Shown here: positions 7,462 to 16,466 of the stretch, piece after piece
Layout: each line of letters opens with the position of its first letter
How positions within the stretch are numbered: the first letter of the stretch is position 1
IMG/VR virus record: IMGVR_UViG_3300032239_000289
Location: 1 to 35,763 of that record
Length of the DNA: 35,763 bases
DNA from: a virus
Lineage: Duplodnaviria; Caudoviricetes
Strand: one strand, 5' to 3'
Notes under the pieces: generated by a model
Database searches by the model: none
What the model was told of the DNA's origin: nothing
What the model saw: only the letters and a program-made list of their open reading frames with translations
Made by a program: the position numbers and the translations under genes

Positions 7462-7713
7462 ATGGCACGCTCATCTAAAATAGCTAACGGCAAAACTGTG
7501 CATGCGTTTGGCGGCTTGCCGGACGCACGTATGGGTAAAGCAGATAAGATTCATAATGGCAAAGGTTCAGGGGGTAAAAATAGCAAAGCCATTACTAAAG
7601 TACACAATACAATTGGCGGCGTAGTTCACGCTGTTAGCCACAATTATGGCCATCACGGTGCTAAAGGACGCGAATTACACGGTGGTGGATTAGGCACTGA
7701 GGACGAAAATTAA
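7462..7713 (+). CDS. Small basic Gly/His-rich protein (83 aa)
   Basis: ATG 1 nt after the previous stop; GGTGG RBS. Confidence 0.7.
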   Translation: MARSSKIANGKTVHAFGGLPDARMGKADKIHNGKGSGGKNSKAITKVHNTIGGVVHAVSHNYGHHGAKGRELHGGGLGTEDEN

Positions 7714-7715
7714 TC

Positions 7716-7871
7716 ATGGCTACTAAACCAGGTCTGTACGCCAACATTCACGCTAAGCAAGAACGCATCAAAGCCGGTAGCGGCGAGAAGATGAGAAAGC
7801 CAGGCTCGCCTGGCGCTCCAACGAACAAAGACTTTAAGCAGTCTGCTAAGACAGCAAAGAAAGGTAAATGA
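7716..7871 (+). CDS. Small basic protein (51 aa, MATKPGLYANIHAKQERIKAGSGEKMRKPG...)
   Basis: GAGG RBS; fills the gap exactly; not in the ORF track. Confidence 0.85.
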   Translation: MATKPGLYANIHAKQERIKAGSGEKMRKPGSPGAPTNKDFKQSAKTAKKGK

Positions 7872-7872
7872 C

Positions 7873-8025
7873 ATGCCACTCGTTAAATCATCAAGTCAAA
7901 AAGCGTTTCGTTCTAACGTAAAAGCTGAGGTAAAATCCGGCAAACCTGTTAAACAGGCTGTTGCCATTGCTTACAGCGTTAAAAATGCAACACAACACAA
8001 GTCACCGTCGAAAGGCAAAAAATGA
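7873..8025 (+). CDS. Small basic protein (50 aa, MPLVKSSSQKAFRSNVKAEVKSGKPVKQAVAIAYS...)
   Basis: AAGGT RBS; ATGA overlap with the next gene; not in the ORF track. Confidence 0.85.
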   Translation: MPLVKSSSQKAFRSNVKAEVKSGKPVKQAVAIAYSVKNATQHKSPSKGKK

Positions 8026-8228
8026 GCAAACTGACGACCAAAGCCCGTAACGCAATGCCAAAATCTGAATTTGGTATGCCTGGCAGCCGCTCTTATCCGA
8101 TGCCCGATCGCGCGCATGCTGGCAACGCCAAAGCACGTGCAGCACAGCAAGTAAAGGCTGGCAATCTGTCAAAATCGGCAGAAAAGAAAATTGATGCCAA
8201 AGCCAACAAAATTTTGAAGAAAAAATAA
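8022..8228 (+). CDS. Small basic protein (68 aa)
   Basis: R..MPKSEFG.PG.R.YPMPDRAHA.NAKARA pattern; abuts the portal gene. Confidence 0.85.
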   Translation: MSKLTTKARNAMPKSEFGMPGSRSYPMPDRAHAGNAKARAAQQVKAGNLSKSAEKKIDAKANKILKKK

Positions 8229-10460
8229 ATGGACTATACCGGCATAAATAAAGCCGCAAAAGTAGCTGCCGTAGGGGGCAATCCTGCCTCCGACAAGACT
8301 CGTAAAGACAACAATGATGTCTTAGCGACGATGCGCTTCCGCCTGCAAATGGCGATTTCTGCGCTATCTGAATCGCGTGAAGACGAATTAGATGACTTAA
8401 AATTCTATGCGGGTTCGCCCGACAACCATTGGCAATGGCCCGCTGACGTACTAGCTACTCGCGGGGCTGTCCAAGGTCAAACAATCAACTCGCGCCCGAC
8501 GTTAACTATTAACAAGCTGCCGCAACATGTCCGACAAGTCACGAACGACCAAAGACAAAACCGTCCGAGCGGCAAAGTTATTCCTGCCGACGACAATGCA
8601 GACGTTGAAGTCGCCGAAATCTTCAACGGCATGGTCAGACACATCGAGTACATCTCGGATGCCGACGTTGCTTACGACACCGCCTGCGAAAACCAAGTAA
8701 GTTATGGCGAGGGGTACATCCGCGTCATTACCGAATACTGCAACGACGACTCGTTCGATCAAGACATCAAGATCATGCGGGTTCGCAACTCGTTCTCGGT
8801 CTACATGGATCCAACCATCCAAGACCCGTGCGGTGCCGATGCTAAGTGGTGTTTCATCACCGAAGACTTGCAACGTGACGAGTACGAACGCATGTTCCCC
8901 GATGCGTCACCGATATCCAGCATTGAATCAGCCGGTGTAGGCGACCAATCGCTAAACGTCTGGATTAACGAAGACACGGTGCGTATTGCTGAGTATTACT
9001 ACGTCGAATACGACAAGGCAACGCTGCATCTGTACCCTGGTAACGTCACTGCGTTCGCAGGTTCGTCCGAAGCTAAGCAATTAGAAGCTATGGGCGTCAA
9101 ACCTGTACGCAGCCGTGAGGTGGATGCTAAACGAGTCAAGTGGTGCAAAACAAATGGCTACGAAATGCTTGAAGAGCAGGATTGGATAGGCAAGTGGATA
9201 CCTGTCGTGCGTGTAATTGGCAACGAATTTGAGGTTGATGGGCGTATTTACATCTCTGGATTGGTCAGAAATGCCAAGGATGCCCAGCGTATGTACAACT
9301 ATTGGGTGTCTCAAGAGGCAGAAATGCTTGCTTTGGCTCCAAAAGCGCCATTTATTGGCTATGGCGGTCAGTTTGAGGGTTATGAAACCCAATGGAAGAC
9401 CGCAAACACGCAAAATTGGCCGTATTTAGAGGTAAATCCTGACGTAACTGACGGAAATGGCGCTGTTTTGCCGCTTCCACAGCGTGCAGCCCCTCCACTA
9501 CCCCAAACGGGCTTGATTCAAGCCAAAATGGGTGCTTCAGACGACATCAAATCGACTACTGGCCAGTACGATACTAGCTTAGGGGCGACATCTAATGAGC
9601 GTTCGGGCAAAGCGATTATGGCGCGAGAGCGTCAGTCTGATACTGGCACTTACCACTACGTGGATAATCTGGCGCGTGCTGTTAGGCATGTCACTCGCCA
9701 AATCGTGGACATGATCCCTAAGATTTACGACACACAACGTGTGGCTCGTATTATCGGTGTGGATGGCGACACCGACATGGTGAAGATTGACCCGACTCAG
9801 CCAGAACCAGTTAAAAAGATCGTTGACCATCAAGGCATCGAGATCGACAAGATTTACAACCCAAGCGTCGGTAAGTACGACGTCGTGGTAACTACTGGCC
9901 CAAGCTACATGACCAAGCGTCAAGAAGCATTGGATGCGATGGGCATGATCCTGCAAAGCAATCCGCAGCTCTGGCAAGTGGCCGGCGACCTGTTCATCAA
10001 GAACATGGATTGGCCAGGCGCTCAAGAAATGGCTCAACGCTTCGCGCGAGTTATTGATCCTAAAGTGCTGGGCGATGGATCGGATGATAGCCCCGAGCTG
10101 CAGCAAGCTAAGCAGCAGATACAAGCGATGGGTCAAGAGATGGAGCAGATGCACCAGATGCTGCAAAATGTTGGCAAGTCGATTGAAGCACAGGATATGG
10201 AGCGTAAGAACTTTGAAGCGCAAGTTAAGGCGTATCAAGCTGAAACTCAGCGCATCTCAGCCGTTCAAGCTAGCATGTCGCCTGAGCAGATTCAAGACAT
10301 CGTCATGGGCACCGTGCATGGCATGATTACTAGCGGTGACTTGGTAGGTGAAATGCCAGGGCGCGAGCAAAACGAACAGATGCCTGAACAGGCGGAATAT
10401 CAACAACAGCCGCAGCTACCGCAACAAGGCATGCTGCCACCTGAAGGAATGCAACAATGA
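8229..10460 (+). CDS. Portal protein, P22-like
   Basis: 743 aa; RPTLTINKL, GLVRNAKDAQRMYNY, NERSGKAI, GKYDVVVTTGPSYMTKRQE; Gln-rich coiled-coil C-terminus. Confidence 0.93.
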   Translation: MDYTGINKAAKVAAVGGNPASDKTRKDNNDVLATMRFRLQMAISALSESREDELDDLKFYAGSPDNHWQWPADVLATRGAVQGQTINSRPTLTINKLPQHVRQVTNDQRQNRPSGKVIPADDNADVEVAEIFNGMVRHIEYISDADVAYDTACENQVSYGEGYIRVITEYCNDDSFDQDIKIMRVRNSFSVYMDPTIQDPCGADAKWCFITEDLQRDEYERMFPDASPISSIESAGVGDQSLNVWINEDTVRIAEYYYVEYDKATLHLYPGNVTAFAGSSEAKQLEAMGVKPVRSREVDAKRVKWCKTNGYEMLEEQDWIGKWIPVVRVIGNEFEVDGRIYISGLVRNAKDAQRMYNYWVSQEAEMLALAPKAPFIGYGGQFEGYETQWKTANTQNWPYLEVNPDVTDGNGAVLPLPQRAAPPLPQTGLIQAKMGASDDIKSTTGQYDTSLGATSNERSGKAIMARERQSDTGTYHYVDNLARAVRHVTRQIVDMIPKIYDTQRVARIIGVDGDTDMVKIDPTQPEPVKKIVDHQGIEIDKIYNPSVGKYDVVVTTGPSYMTKRQEALDAMGMILQSNPQLWQVAGDLFIKNMDWPGAQEMAQRFARVIDPKVLGDGSDDSPELQQAKQQIQAMGQEMEQMHQMLQNVGKSIEAQDMERKNFEAQVKAYQAETQRISAVQASMSPEQIQDIVMGTVHGMITSGDLVGEMPGREQNEQMPEQAEYQQQPQLPQQGMLPPEGMQQ

Positions 10461-10819
10461 AAGCAGCGGATTTTGTAGGTCTGTTATTTCTAGCTAGGGA
10501 CGTTGCACATAGTGTGCATTTGAACACCCGCAGCTTTAGCAAACACACAGCGTTAAACATCTTCTACGACCGCATTATTGATGCGGCAGATGACTTTACA
10601 GAAGCTTATCAAGGCCGTCATGGTTTAATTGGCCCAATTACGTTGATGTCCGCTAAAAAAACAGGCAATATAATTGAGTTTTTAGAAGATTCGCTGCAAC
10701 AGATTGAAGACGCGCGTTATGAAGTGGTCGATAAAACCGACATGTCGTTGCAACAGTTGATAGACAATATCATCGAGATTTATCTTCGCACCCTATACAA
10801 ACTGAAATATCTTGCTTGA
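10457..10819 (+). CDS. Ferritin/Dps-like four-helix protein (DUF5856-like)
   Basis: HLNT..FSKHTAL...Y......DDFTEAYQG and terminal TLYKLKYL. Confidence 0.7.
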   Translation: MKAADFVGLLFLARDVAHSVHLNTRSFSKHTALNIFYDRIIDAADDFTEAYQGRHGLIGPITLMSAKKTGNIIEFLEDSLQQIEDARYEVVDKTDMSLQQLIDNIIEIYLRTLYKLKYLA

Positions 10820-10827
10820 GGTAAAAC

Positions 10828-11094
10828 ATGGCAAATTACACCTATATCACGGCTTCGGCCAACATTAAACCGGCTGCGGGCAAGTTAAAGGGCATTTTTG
10901 TCAGTGCAGCTTCCAGCACCCCGACTATTACTGTGTATGACTCGGCTGCAGCTACTACAACGACAACCATTTTAGGTGTGTTTACCCCAACTGCTGCGAC
11001 ATCATATTTGTTGCCTTTGGACGGCGCGTATGCTAAAAATGGCATATATGTTGTCATTGGTGGTACAGTCACGGCCACAGTGATTTACGAATAA
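10828..11094 (+). CDS. Small beta-rich protein, probably virion-associated
   Basis: GAGG RBS; Thr/Ala-rich; located in the head module. Confidence 0.8.
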   Translation: MANYTYITASANIKPAAGKLKGIFVSAASSTPTITVYDSAAATTTTTILGVFTPTAATSYLLPLDGAYAKNGIYVVIGGTVTATVIYE

Positions 11095-11106
11095 ATTTTG
11101 TATTGC

Positions 11107-11144
11107 CCGCACTGACGCGGTACGTCAGGGATTCTTTAGGAATC
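11107..11144 (+). promoter_or_regulatory. Candidate translational operator of the scaffold gene (pseudoknot plus RBS-sequestering hairpin)
   Basis: CCGC/GCGG and CTGAC/GTCAG crossing stems; GATTC/GAATC hairpin overlapping AGGA. Confidence 0.55.
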
Positions 11145-11148
11145 GACA

Positions 11149-11934
11149 ATGTCTGAAGAGATTCAAGATCAAGTAGCGGATTCACCCGCGCCAGAACAGG
11201 CACCGACGGCAGAGCCTGTAGCTGAAGAAACACAAGCGCCGGAGAATGAACAGCCGACCGAACAGCAGACCAAGACCTTCACACAAGAAGAATTGGATGC
11301 AATCGTAGGCAAAAGGCTTGCAAGAGAACAGCGTAAGTGGGAACGAGAGCAAACTCGTAGAGTGCAAGAAGCACCTGCGGGAATGACCGACATTCCTGCG
11401 CCAGAACATTTTGATTCCGTCGATGCGTATGCTGATGCGTTAGCAACGCGTAAAGCGGAAGAATTACTGGCTAAGCGTGAATTTGATCGGCAAAAAATGG
11501 ATATGCTTGAGGCATATCAGGATCGGGAAGAAGAAGCCCGAGGCAAGTATGAGGACTTTGAACAAGTCGCATACAACCCTAAGCTTCCAATCACATCCGT
11601 GATGGCGGAAACTATTCAAGCGTCGGATATAGGGCCAGACCTAGCATACTATCTGGGCACTAATCCACGCGAAGCTGACCGAATTTCTCGTTTAACGCCG
11701 TTTTTACAAGCTAAAGAAATTGGTAAATTAGAGGCCAAAATCTCTTCTGCACCAGTTTTAAAGAAAACGACAAGCGCCCCACCGCCTATAGCGCCAATTT
11801 CTGGCCGCGGCACTAGCGCACCAACGCATGACACGACAGACCCACGCTCTGTAAAGAGCATGAATACGTCTGAGTGGATTGAAGCGGAGCGTCAGCGTCA
11901 AAGGAAAAAGTGGGAAGCCCAACGTAACCGCTAA
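11149..11934 (+). CDS. Capsid scaffolding protein
   Basis: Acidic N-terminus, KTFTQEELDAIV, coiled coil, GPDLAYYL, APPPI; directly upstream of the coat gene. Confidence 0.88.
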   Translation: MSEEIQDQVADSPAPEQAPTAEPVAEETQAPENEQPTEQQTKTFTQEELDAIVGKRLAREQRKWEREQTRRVQEAPAGMTDIPAPEHFDSVDAYADALATRKAEELLAKREFDRQKMDMLEAYQDREEEARGKYEDFEQVAYNPKLPITSVMAETIQASDIGPDLAYYLGTNPREADRISRLTPFLQAKEIGKLEAKISSAPVLKKTTSAPPPIAPISGRGTSAPTHDTTDPRSVKSMNTSEWIEAERQRQRKKWEAQRNR

Positions 11935-11951
11935 CTTTTTTAAGGAATATC

Positions 11952-13154
11952 ATGGCAAACTCGATTCTAACCATCGACATGATTACCCGTAAAGCTCTCG
12001 AAATCCTCGAGAACAATCTGGTAATCTCCCGTAACGTAAACCGTCAATATGACGACTCTTTCGCTGTTGAAGGCGCTAAAATTGGTTCCACACTGCGTAT
12101 CCGTTTACCGGATCGTGCTTTGGTAACTGACGGTGCTGCCCTGCAAACTCAAGACGACAACGAACAGTACACAACTCTGACTGTAGCTAACCAAAAGCAC
12201 ATCGGCGTAAACTTCACTTCTGCTGAATTGACTATGCAGTTGGATGACTTTGCTGAGCGTGTTTTGAAACCACGTATTTCGCAATTGGCTTCGTCGATCG
12301 ACGCTGACGTTGCAAATGCGTACAAAAACATTTTTGCATCTGTTGGCACACCAGGTACTACACCTTCGACTTCATTGGTTCTGTTGCAAGCGCAACAAAA
12401 ACTGAACGAAGCCGCGGCTGTGATGTCACCACGCTACGCAACCGTTAACCCAGCCGCTAACGCTGGTTTGGTTGAAGGCATGAAAGGTCTGTTTAACCCA
12501 ACAGACACTATCAGCCGTCAATTCAAGAACGGTATGATGGGCGAAGGCGTATTGGGCTTTGACGAAATTAACATGTCTCAGTCGATCAAACAGCACACCA
12601 CAGGTAACTGGGGTACTTCGATCACTGTTACTTCGACAGTTACTTCACAAGGTCAATCGACTCTGCCGATCAGCTTTACTGGCTCAAGCAAAACTTGGAA
12701 CGTCGGTGACGTGTTTACTATTGCTGGCGTAAATGCAGTTAACCCACAGACTCGTGAGTCCACTGGTTCGTTGCAACAGTTTGTCGTAACTGCTGTTGCT
12801 ACTGGCTCTTCGACAGCTACTCTGTCAATTAGCCCAGCTCTGTACACTGCTGACCAAGCTCTGGCCACTATCGACGTGATGCCACAAGCTTCGGCTGTGG
12901 TCACTATGTTGGGTTCGTCTGCTACTCAGTACGCACAAAACTTGGTCTATCACAAAGATGCGATCACCCTTGCTACTGCTGACTTGCTGATGCCACAAGG
13001 CGTCGACATGGCTTCGCGCCAAGTCCACAACGGCATTTCGATGCGTATTGTTCGTCAATATGACATCAACAATGATCGTCTGCCTTGCCGTATTGACGTT
13101 CTGTACGGCTACAGCACAATTCGTCCGCAAATGGCTTGCCGTATCTGGGGCTAA
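11952..13154 (+). CDS. Major capsid protein, P22 coat (gp5)-like
   Basis: 400 aa; NVNRQYD..F...GAKIG.TLRIRLP and C-terminal CRIDVLYG. Confidence 0.93.
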   Translation: MANSILTIDMITRKALEILENNLVISRNVNRQYDDSFAVEGAKIGSTLRIRLPDRALVTDGAALQTQDDNEQYTTLTVANQKHIGVNFTSAELTMQLDDFAERVLKPRISQLASSIDADVANAYKNIFASVGTPGTTPSTSLVLLQAQQKLNEAAAVMSPRYATVNPAANAGLVEGMKGLFNPTDTISRQFKNGMMGEGVLGFDEINMSQSIKQHTTGNWGTSITVTSTVTSQGQSTLPISFTGSSKTWNVGDVFTIAGVNAVNPQTRESTGSLQQFVVTAVATGSSTATLSISPALYTADQALATIDVMPQASAVVTMLGSSATQYAQNLVYHKDAITLATADLLMPQGVDMASRQVHNGISMRIVRQYDINNDRLPCRIDVLYGYSTIRPQMACRIWG

Positions 13155-13160
13155 CTTTGG

Positions 13161-13178
13161 TGAGGGCTACGGCCCTCA
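13161..13178 (+). terminator. Stem-loop after the capsid gene
   Basis: TGAGGGC-TACG-GCCCTCA. Confidence 0.6.
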
Positions 13179-13207
13179 TTAACGACTCTTTTTAAAGGAA
13201 AATTATC

Positions 13208-13618
13208 ATGGCATTTCCAAATGGCGCAGGTGGCTATCAAGTTGGTGATGGCAATCTAAATGAAGTTGTATTAAGCGTTCAACCCGCTCCTTTATCGGTA
13301 GCGGCTACTGCTACGTTGACTGCAGCACAAGTTACTTCTGGCGTTTTGCTGGTTGGCGCAGGTGCTACTACAGCTCAAACGTATACTTTGCCTACCGCTT
13401 CTGCTATTGACGCAGTAGTTACTAGCGCAAAAGCAAACAGCACATTTGAACTGGTTCTGGTTAACACCGGCACTAGCTCAGGCACAGGTGCTTTAGCTTT
13501 GGGTACCGGTATTACTGATGGCGGCAACGCAACTGTAGCAGTAGCAATTACTGCTGCCGGTCGTTTCCTATTCCGTAAAACCGCGGATGGTGCTTATACT
13601 GTCTATCGCACAGCGTAA
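13208..13618 (+). CDS. Putative head decoration/cement protein
   Basis: Strong AAAGGA RBS; Ala/Thr/Gly-rich; follows the coat gene. Confidence 0.7.
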   Translation: MAFPNGAGGYQVGDGNLNEVVLSVQPAPLSVAATATLTAAQVTSGVLLVGAGATTAQTYTLPTASAIDAVVTSAKANSTFELVLVNTGTSSGTGALALGTGITDGGNATVAVAITAAGRFLFRKTADGAYTVYRTA

Positions 13619-13623
13619 TGAAT

Positions 13624-13645
13624 GGGGGCTTCGGCCCCTGTTTTT
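13624..13645 (+). terminator. UUCG stem-loop/terminator
   Basis: GGGGC-TTCG-GCCCC then TGTTTTT. Confidence 0.7.
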
Positions 13646-13657
13646 AAAGGAAAAATC

Positions 13658-14071
13658 ATGCCTAATACTCAAGCAGTTGGCGTGGCATACAGCGATCCCG
13701 AATTTACGACTTGTTATGCAAGTCAAGAAATCGGTTATTCTGCTGCTGCGCAAGGTACAGTGACTCAAGCGACTAGCAAATCAACAGCAGTTACGTTGAA
13801 TAAATCTGCTGGTCAAATAACTATGAATAACGCAGCATTGGCTGGTGGTGCAGTAGCGACATTTACGTTGACCAACAACTTAATTTCCGCTAATGACACT
13901 ATCGTCGTATGTATTTCTAGCGTAACTACTGGTAGCACGGCTGCAGCTTACACTACGTATGTTTGTAGTTTAACTACAAACTCTGCCGTAATTGCATTGC
14001 GTAATTTAAGCGGAACTTCGTATTCTGAAGCTGTCGTTATCAATTACTGCATTATTCACGGCGCAAGCTAA
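13658..14071 (+). CDS. Second putative head decoration protein
   Basis: Start moved to ATG 13658 (AAAGGA RBS); GTVTQATSKSTAVTLNK..GQITMNNAAL. Confidence 0.7.
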   Translation: MPNTQAVGVAYSDPEFTTCYASQEIGYSAAAQGTVTQATSKSTAVTLNKSAGQITMNNAALAGGAVATFTLTNNLISANDTIVVCISSVTTGSTAAAYTTYVCSLTTNSAVIALRNLSGTSYSEAVVINYCIIHGAS

Positions 14072-14076
14072 ACCAA

Positions 14077-14094
14077 ACGGGGCTTCGGCCCCGT
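14077..14094 (+). terminator. UUCG stem-loop
   Basis: ACGGGGC-TTCG-GCCCCGT. Confidence 0.6.
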
Positions 14095-14101
14095 CTACTC
14101 T

Positions 14102-14296
14102 ATGACTATATACCTACAACACCCTGTACACGGCACTAAAGTCGCTACGATGGAATTAGAAGCTGTAGCAGATGAACAAAACGGATGGGTGAGGTATACT
14201 CACGACACGCCTTCGGCTCCCGAAGAAGCGGCACCAGCTAACGAGCTGGAAGTTAAACGTCGTCGTAGCCGTCCAACTGTAGAGGCGGCAGCTTAA
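14102..14296 (+). CDS. Hypothetical protein (64 aa)
   Basis: IYLQHPVHGTKVA...E...DE.NGW; basic C-terminus. Confidence 0.8.
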   Translation: MTIYLQHPVHGTKVATMELEAVADEQNGWVRYTHDTPSAPEEAAPANELEVKRRRSRPTVEAAA

Positions 14297-14306
14297 AGGA
14301 GCCAGC

Positions 14307-15029
14307 ATGACCACCGCTTTCGACCAGATTAAAGCATCACTTAGGCTAATAGGCCAACTGGCCGAAGGTGAAGAACCGTCGGCACAAGCTGCACAAGACG
14401 CGTTAACCGCCATGAATCAAATGATTGATTCGTGGAACACAGAACGTCTGTCTATTTTCAACACGATTGACCAAACCTTTCTTTGGCCTGCAGGCGAAAT
14501 TCAACGCCATCTTGGCCCTACGGGCGCAAGCGCAGGAGGATTTGATGGCTTACGTCCTGTTTTGTTGGATGACGCGACTTACTTTCGCGACCCGCAAACT
14601 AACGTGTCGTTTGGTATTAAGTTCATCAATCAACAACAATATGACGGTATTGCGGTCAAAACGGTGACATCCACGTATCCACAAGTTATGTGGATTAATA
14701 TGGAGTACCCCAATATTCAGATGACGATTTACCCCAAGCCCACACGGGAATTGGAGTGGCACTTTATTAGCGTGCAAGAGTTAGATAAGCCCGCTACATT
14801 AAATACTGATTTAACTTTTCCGCCAGGTTATCTACGCGCGTTTAAATACAATCTAGCCTGCGAAATCGCCAATGAATTTGGCGTTGAGCCACCTCAGACT
14901 GTCCAGCGTATTGCAATGACGTCTAAGCGCAATCTGAAACGCATCAACAATCCTGACGATATCATGAGCATGCCTTACGCTCTGGTGGCCAATCGTCAAC
15001 GGTTTAACATCTATGCCGGTAACTACTAA
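14307..15029 (+). CDS. Head-tail adaptor, P22 gp4-like
   Basis: SLRLIG.L..GE.P......AL..MNQMIDSW and P.GY.RA..YNLA.EIA.EFG. Confidence 0.8.
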   Translation: MTTAFDQIKASLRLIGQLAEGEEPSAQAAQDALTAMNQMIDSWNTERLSIFNTIDQTFLWPAGEIQRHLGPTGASAGGFDGLRPVLLDDATYFRDPQTNVSFGIKFINQQQYDGIAVKTVTSTYPQVMWINMEYPNIQMTIYPKPTRELEWHFISVQELDKPATLNTDLTFPPGYLRAFKYNLACEIANEFGVEPPQTVQRIAMTSKRNLKRINNPDDIMSMPYALVANRQRFNIYAGNY

Positions 15030-15032
15030 ACC

Positions 15033-16466
15033 ATGCAGACGCCTATCCTTGGCCAATCGTATGTTGCTCGCAGCGTCAACGCTGCTGATAGCCGTATGGT
15101 CAACCTGTATCCAGAAGCTACGCCTGCCCCTGAAGGTAAGGACGCTGGCTTTCTAAATCGCGCGCCAGGCTTGCGTAAACTGGCAACCGTAGGTACTGGC
15201 CCTATTCGTGGCTTGTGGCAGTACGGCAATTATGGTTATGCCGTATCAGGCAGTAAGCTATACAGAATAGACACTTCATGGAATGCAACGCCGCTTGGCA
15301 ATGTCAGCGGCTCTGGTTCCGTATCGATGGTCGATAACGGCACACAACTATTCATCGCGGCTAATCCTGACGGGTATATTTACGATGCGTCTAGTTCAAC
15401 TTTTGCCAAGATTACGGACGTGGATTTTCCAGGCGCGGTAACTGTTGGATATTTGGATGGATATTTTGTATTTCAGCAGCCAAATTCTCAAAAGTTTTGG
15501 ACTTCTCAGCTATTAGACGGCACTCAAATTGATCCATTAAGTTTTGCCAGTGCTGAAGGCATGCCAGACAATCTGGTATCTCTTTTTGTTGACCACCGTG
15601 AAGTTTGGTTGTTTGGCACCCAATCCGTTGAAGTTTGGTACGACGCAGCTACCACGCCGTTTCCTTTGGCTCGCATTCAAGGTGCGGTTAATGAGATAGG
15701 TTGCGCGGCAACGTATTCGGTGGCCAAGATGGACAACTCGTTATTTTGGTTAGGAGCTGATGCTCGCGGTCAAGGTATCGTGTTTAGAGCTAACGGTTAT
15801 TCTGGCCAGCGCATTTCGACCCACGCGGTTGAGTACGCTATTCAGAGCTATGGCACCATTTCAGATGCTATCGGTTTTACATATCAGCAAGACGGTCATT
15901 CGTTTTATGTGTTGACGTTCCCGACAGCTCAAAAAACATGGGTATTTGATGCAGCTACTCAAGCATGGCATGAGCGTGCTGGGTTTGCTAATGGCCAATT
16001 CATACGTCATCGTGCTAACTGCCAGATGTTTTTTAACAATGAAATAGTGGTAGGCGACTTTCAAAACGGCAAAATTTACGCGTATGACTTAGACGTGTTT
16101 GCTGACGATACACTGCCGCAAAAATGGCTACGGTCATGGCGCGCATTGCCTACCAATCAAAACAATTTAAAACGTACTGCTCAGCACACGCTGCAATTAG
16201 ATTGCGAAACAGGTGTAGGTCTAAATATTGGTCAAGGCAATGACCCTAAAGTAGTTCTCCGTTGGTCTGACGATGGCGGTCATTCTTGGTCAAACGAACA
16301 TTGGGCGGGCATGGGCAAGATAGGAGCGTATGGGTTTCGTGCGTTCTGGCGTCGGTTAGGAATGACTGACAAGCTGCGTGACCGTGTGTACGAAGTATCT
16401 GGCACCGATCCAGTAAAGATCGCCATTATGGGTGCCGAATTAAATCTGACCGGCACTAATGCCTAA
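15033..16466 (+). CDS. Tail hub / packaged-DNA stabilization protein, P22 gp10-like
   Basis: 477 aa; MVNLYPE, FASAEG.PD, GCAATYS, YQQDGHSFYVLTFP, LRWSDDGGHSW. Confidence 0.9.
   Translation: MQTPILGQSYVARSVNAADSRMVNLYPEATPAPEGKDAGFLNRAPGLRKLATVGTGPIRGLWQYGNYGYAVSGSKLYRIDTSWNATPLGNVSGSGSVSMVDNGTQLFIAANPDGYIYDASSSTFAKITDVDFPGAVTVGYLDGYFVFQQPNSQKFWTSQLLDGTQIDPLSFASAEGMPDNLVSLFVDHREVWLFGTQSVEVWYDAATTPFPLARIQGAVNEIGCAATYSVAKMDNSLFWLGADARGQGIVFRANGYSGQRISTHAVEYAIQSYGTISDAIGFTYQQDGHSFYVLTFPTAQKTWVFDAATQAWHERAGFANGQFIRHRANCQMFFNNEIVVGDFQNGKIYAYDLDVFADDTLPQKWLRSWRALPTNQNNLKRTAQHTLQLDCETGVGLNIGQGNDPKVVLRWSDDGGHSWSNEHWAGMGKIGAYGFRAFWRRLGMTDKLRDRVYEVSGTDPVKIAIMGAELNLTGTNA

Noticed and set aside
9579-10238. 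219-aa antisense ORF within the portal gene
   Set aside because: Shadow of a codon-biased sense gene; no RBS or motifs
13140-13210. Programmed frameshift or read-through extending the capsid protein
   Set aside because: TAA stop, no slippery heptamer, and the downstream gene has its own strong RBS
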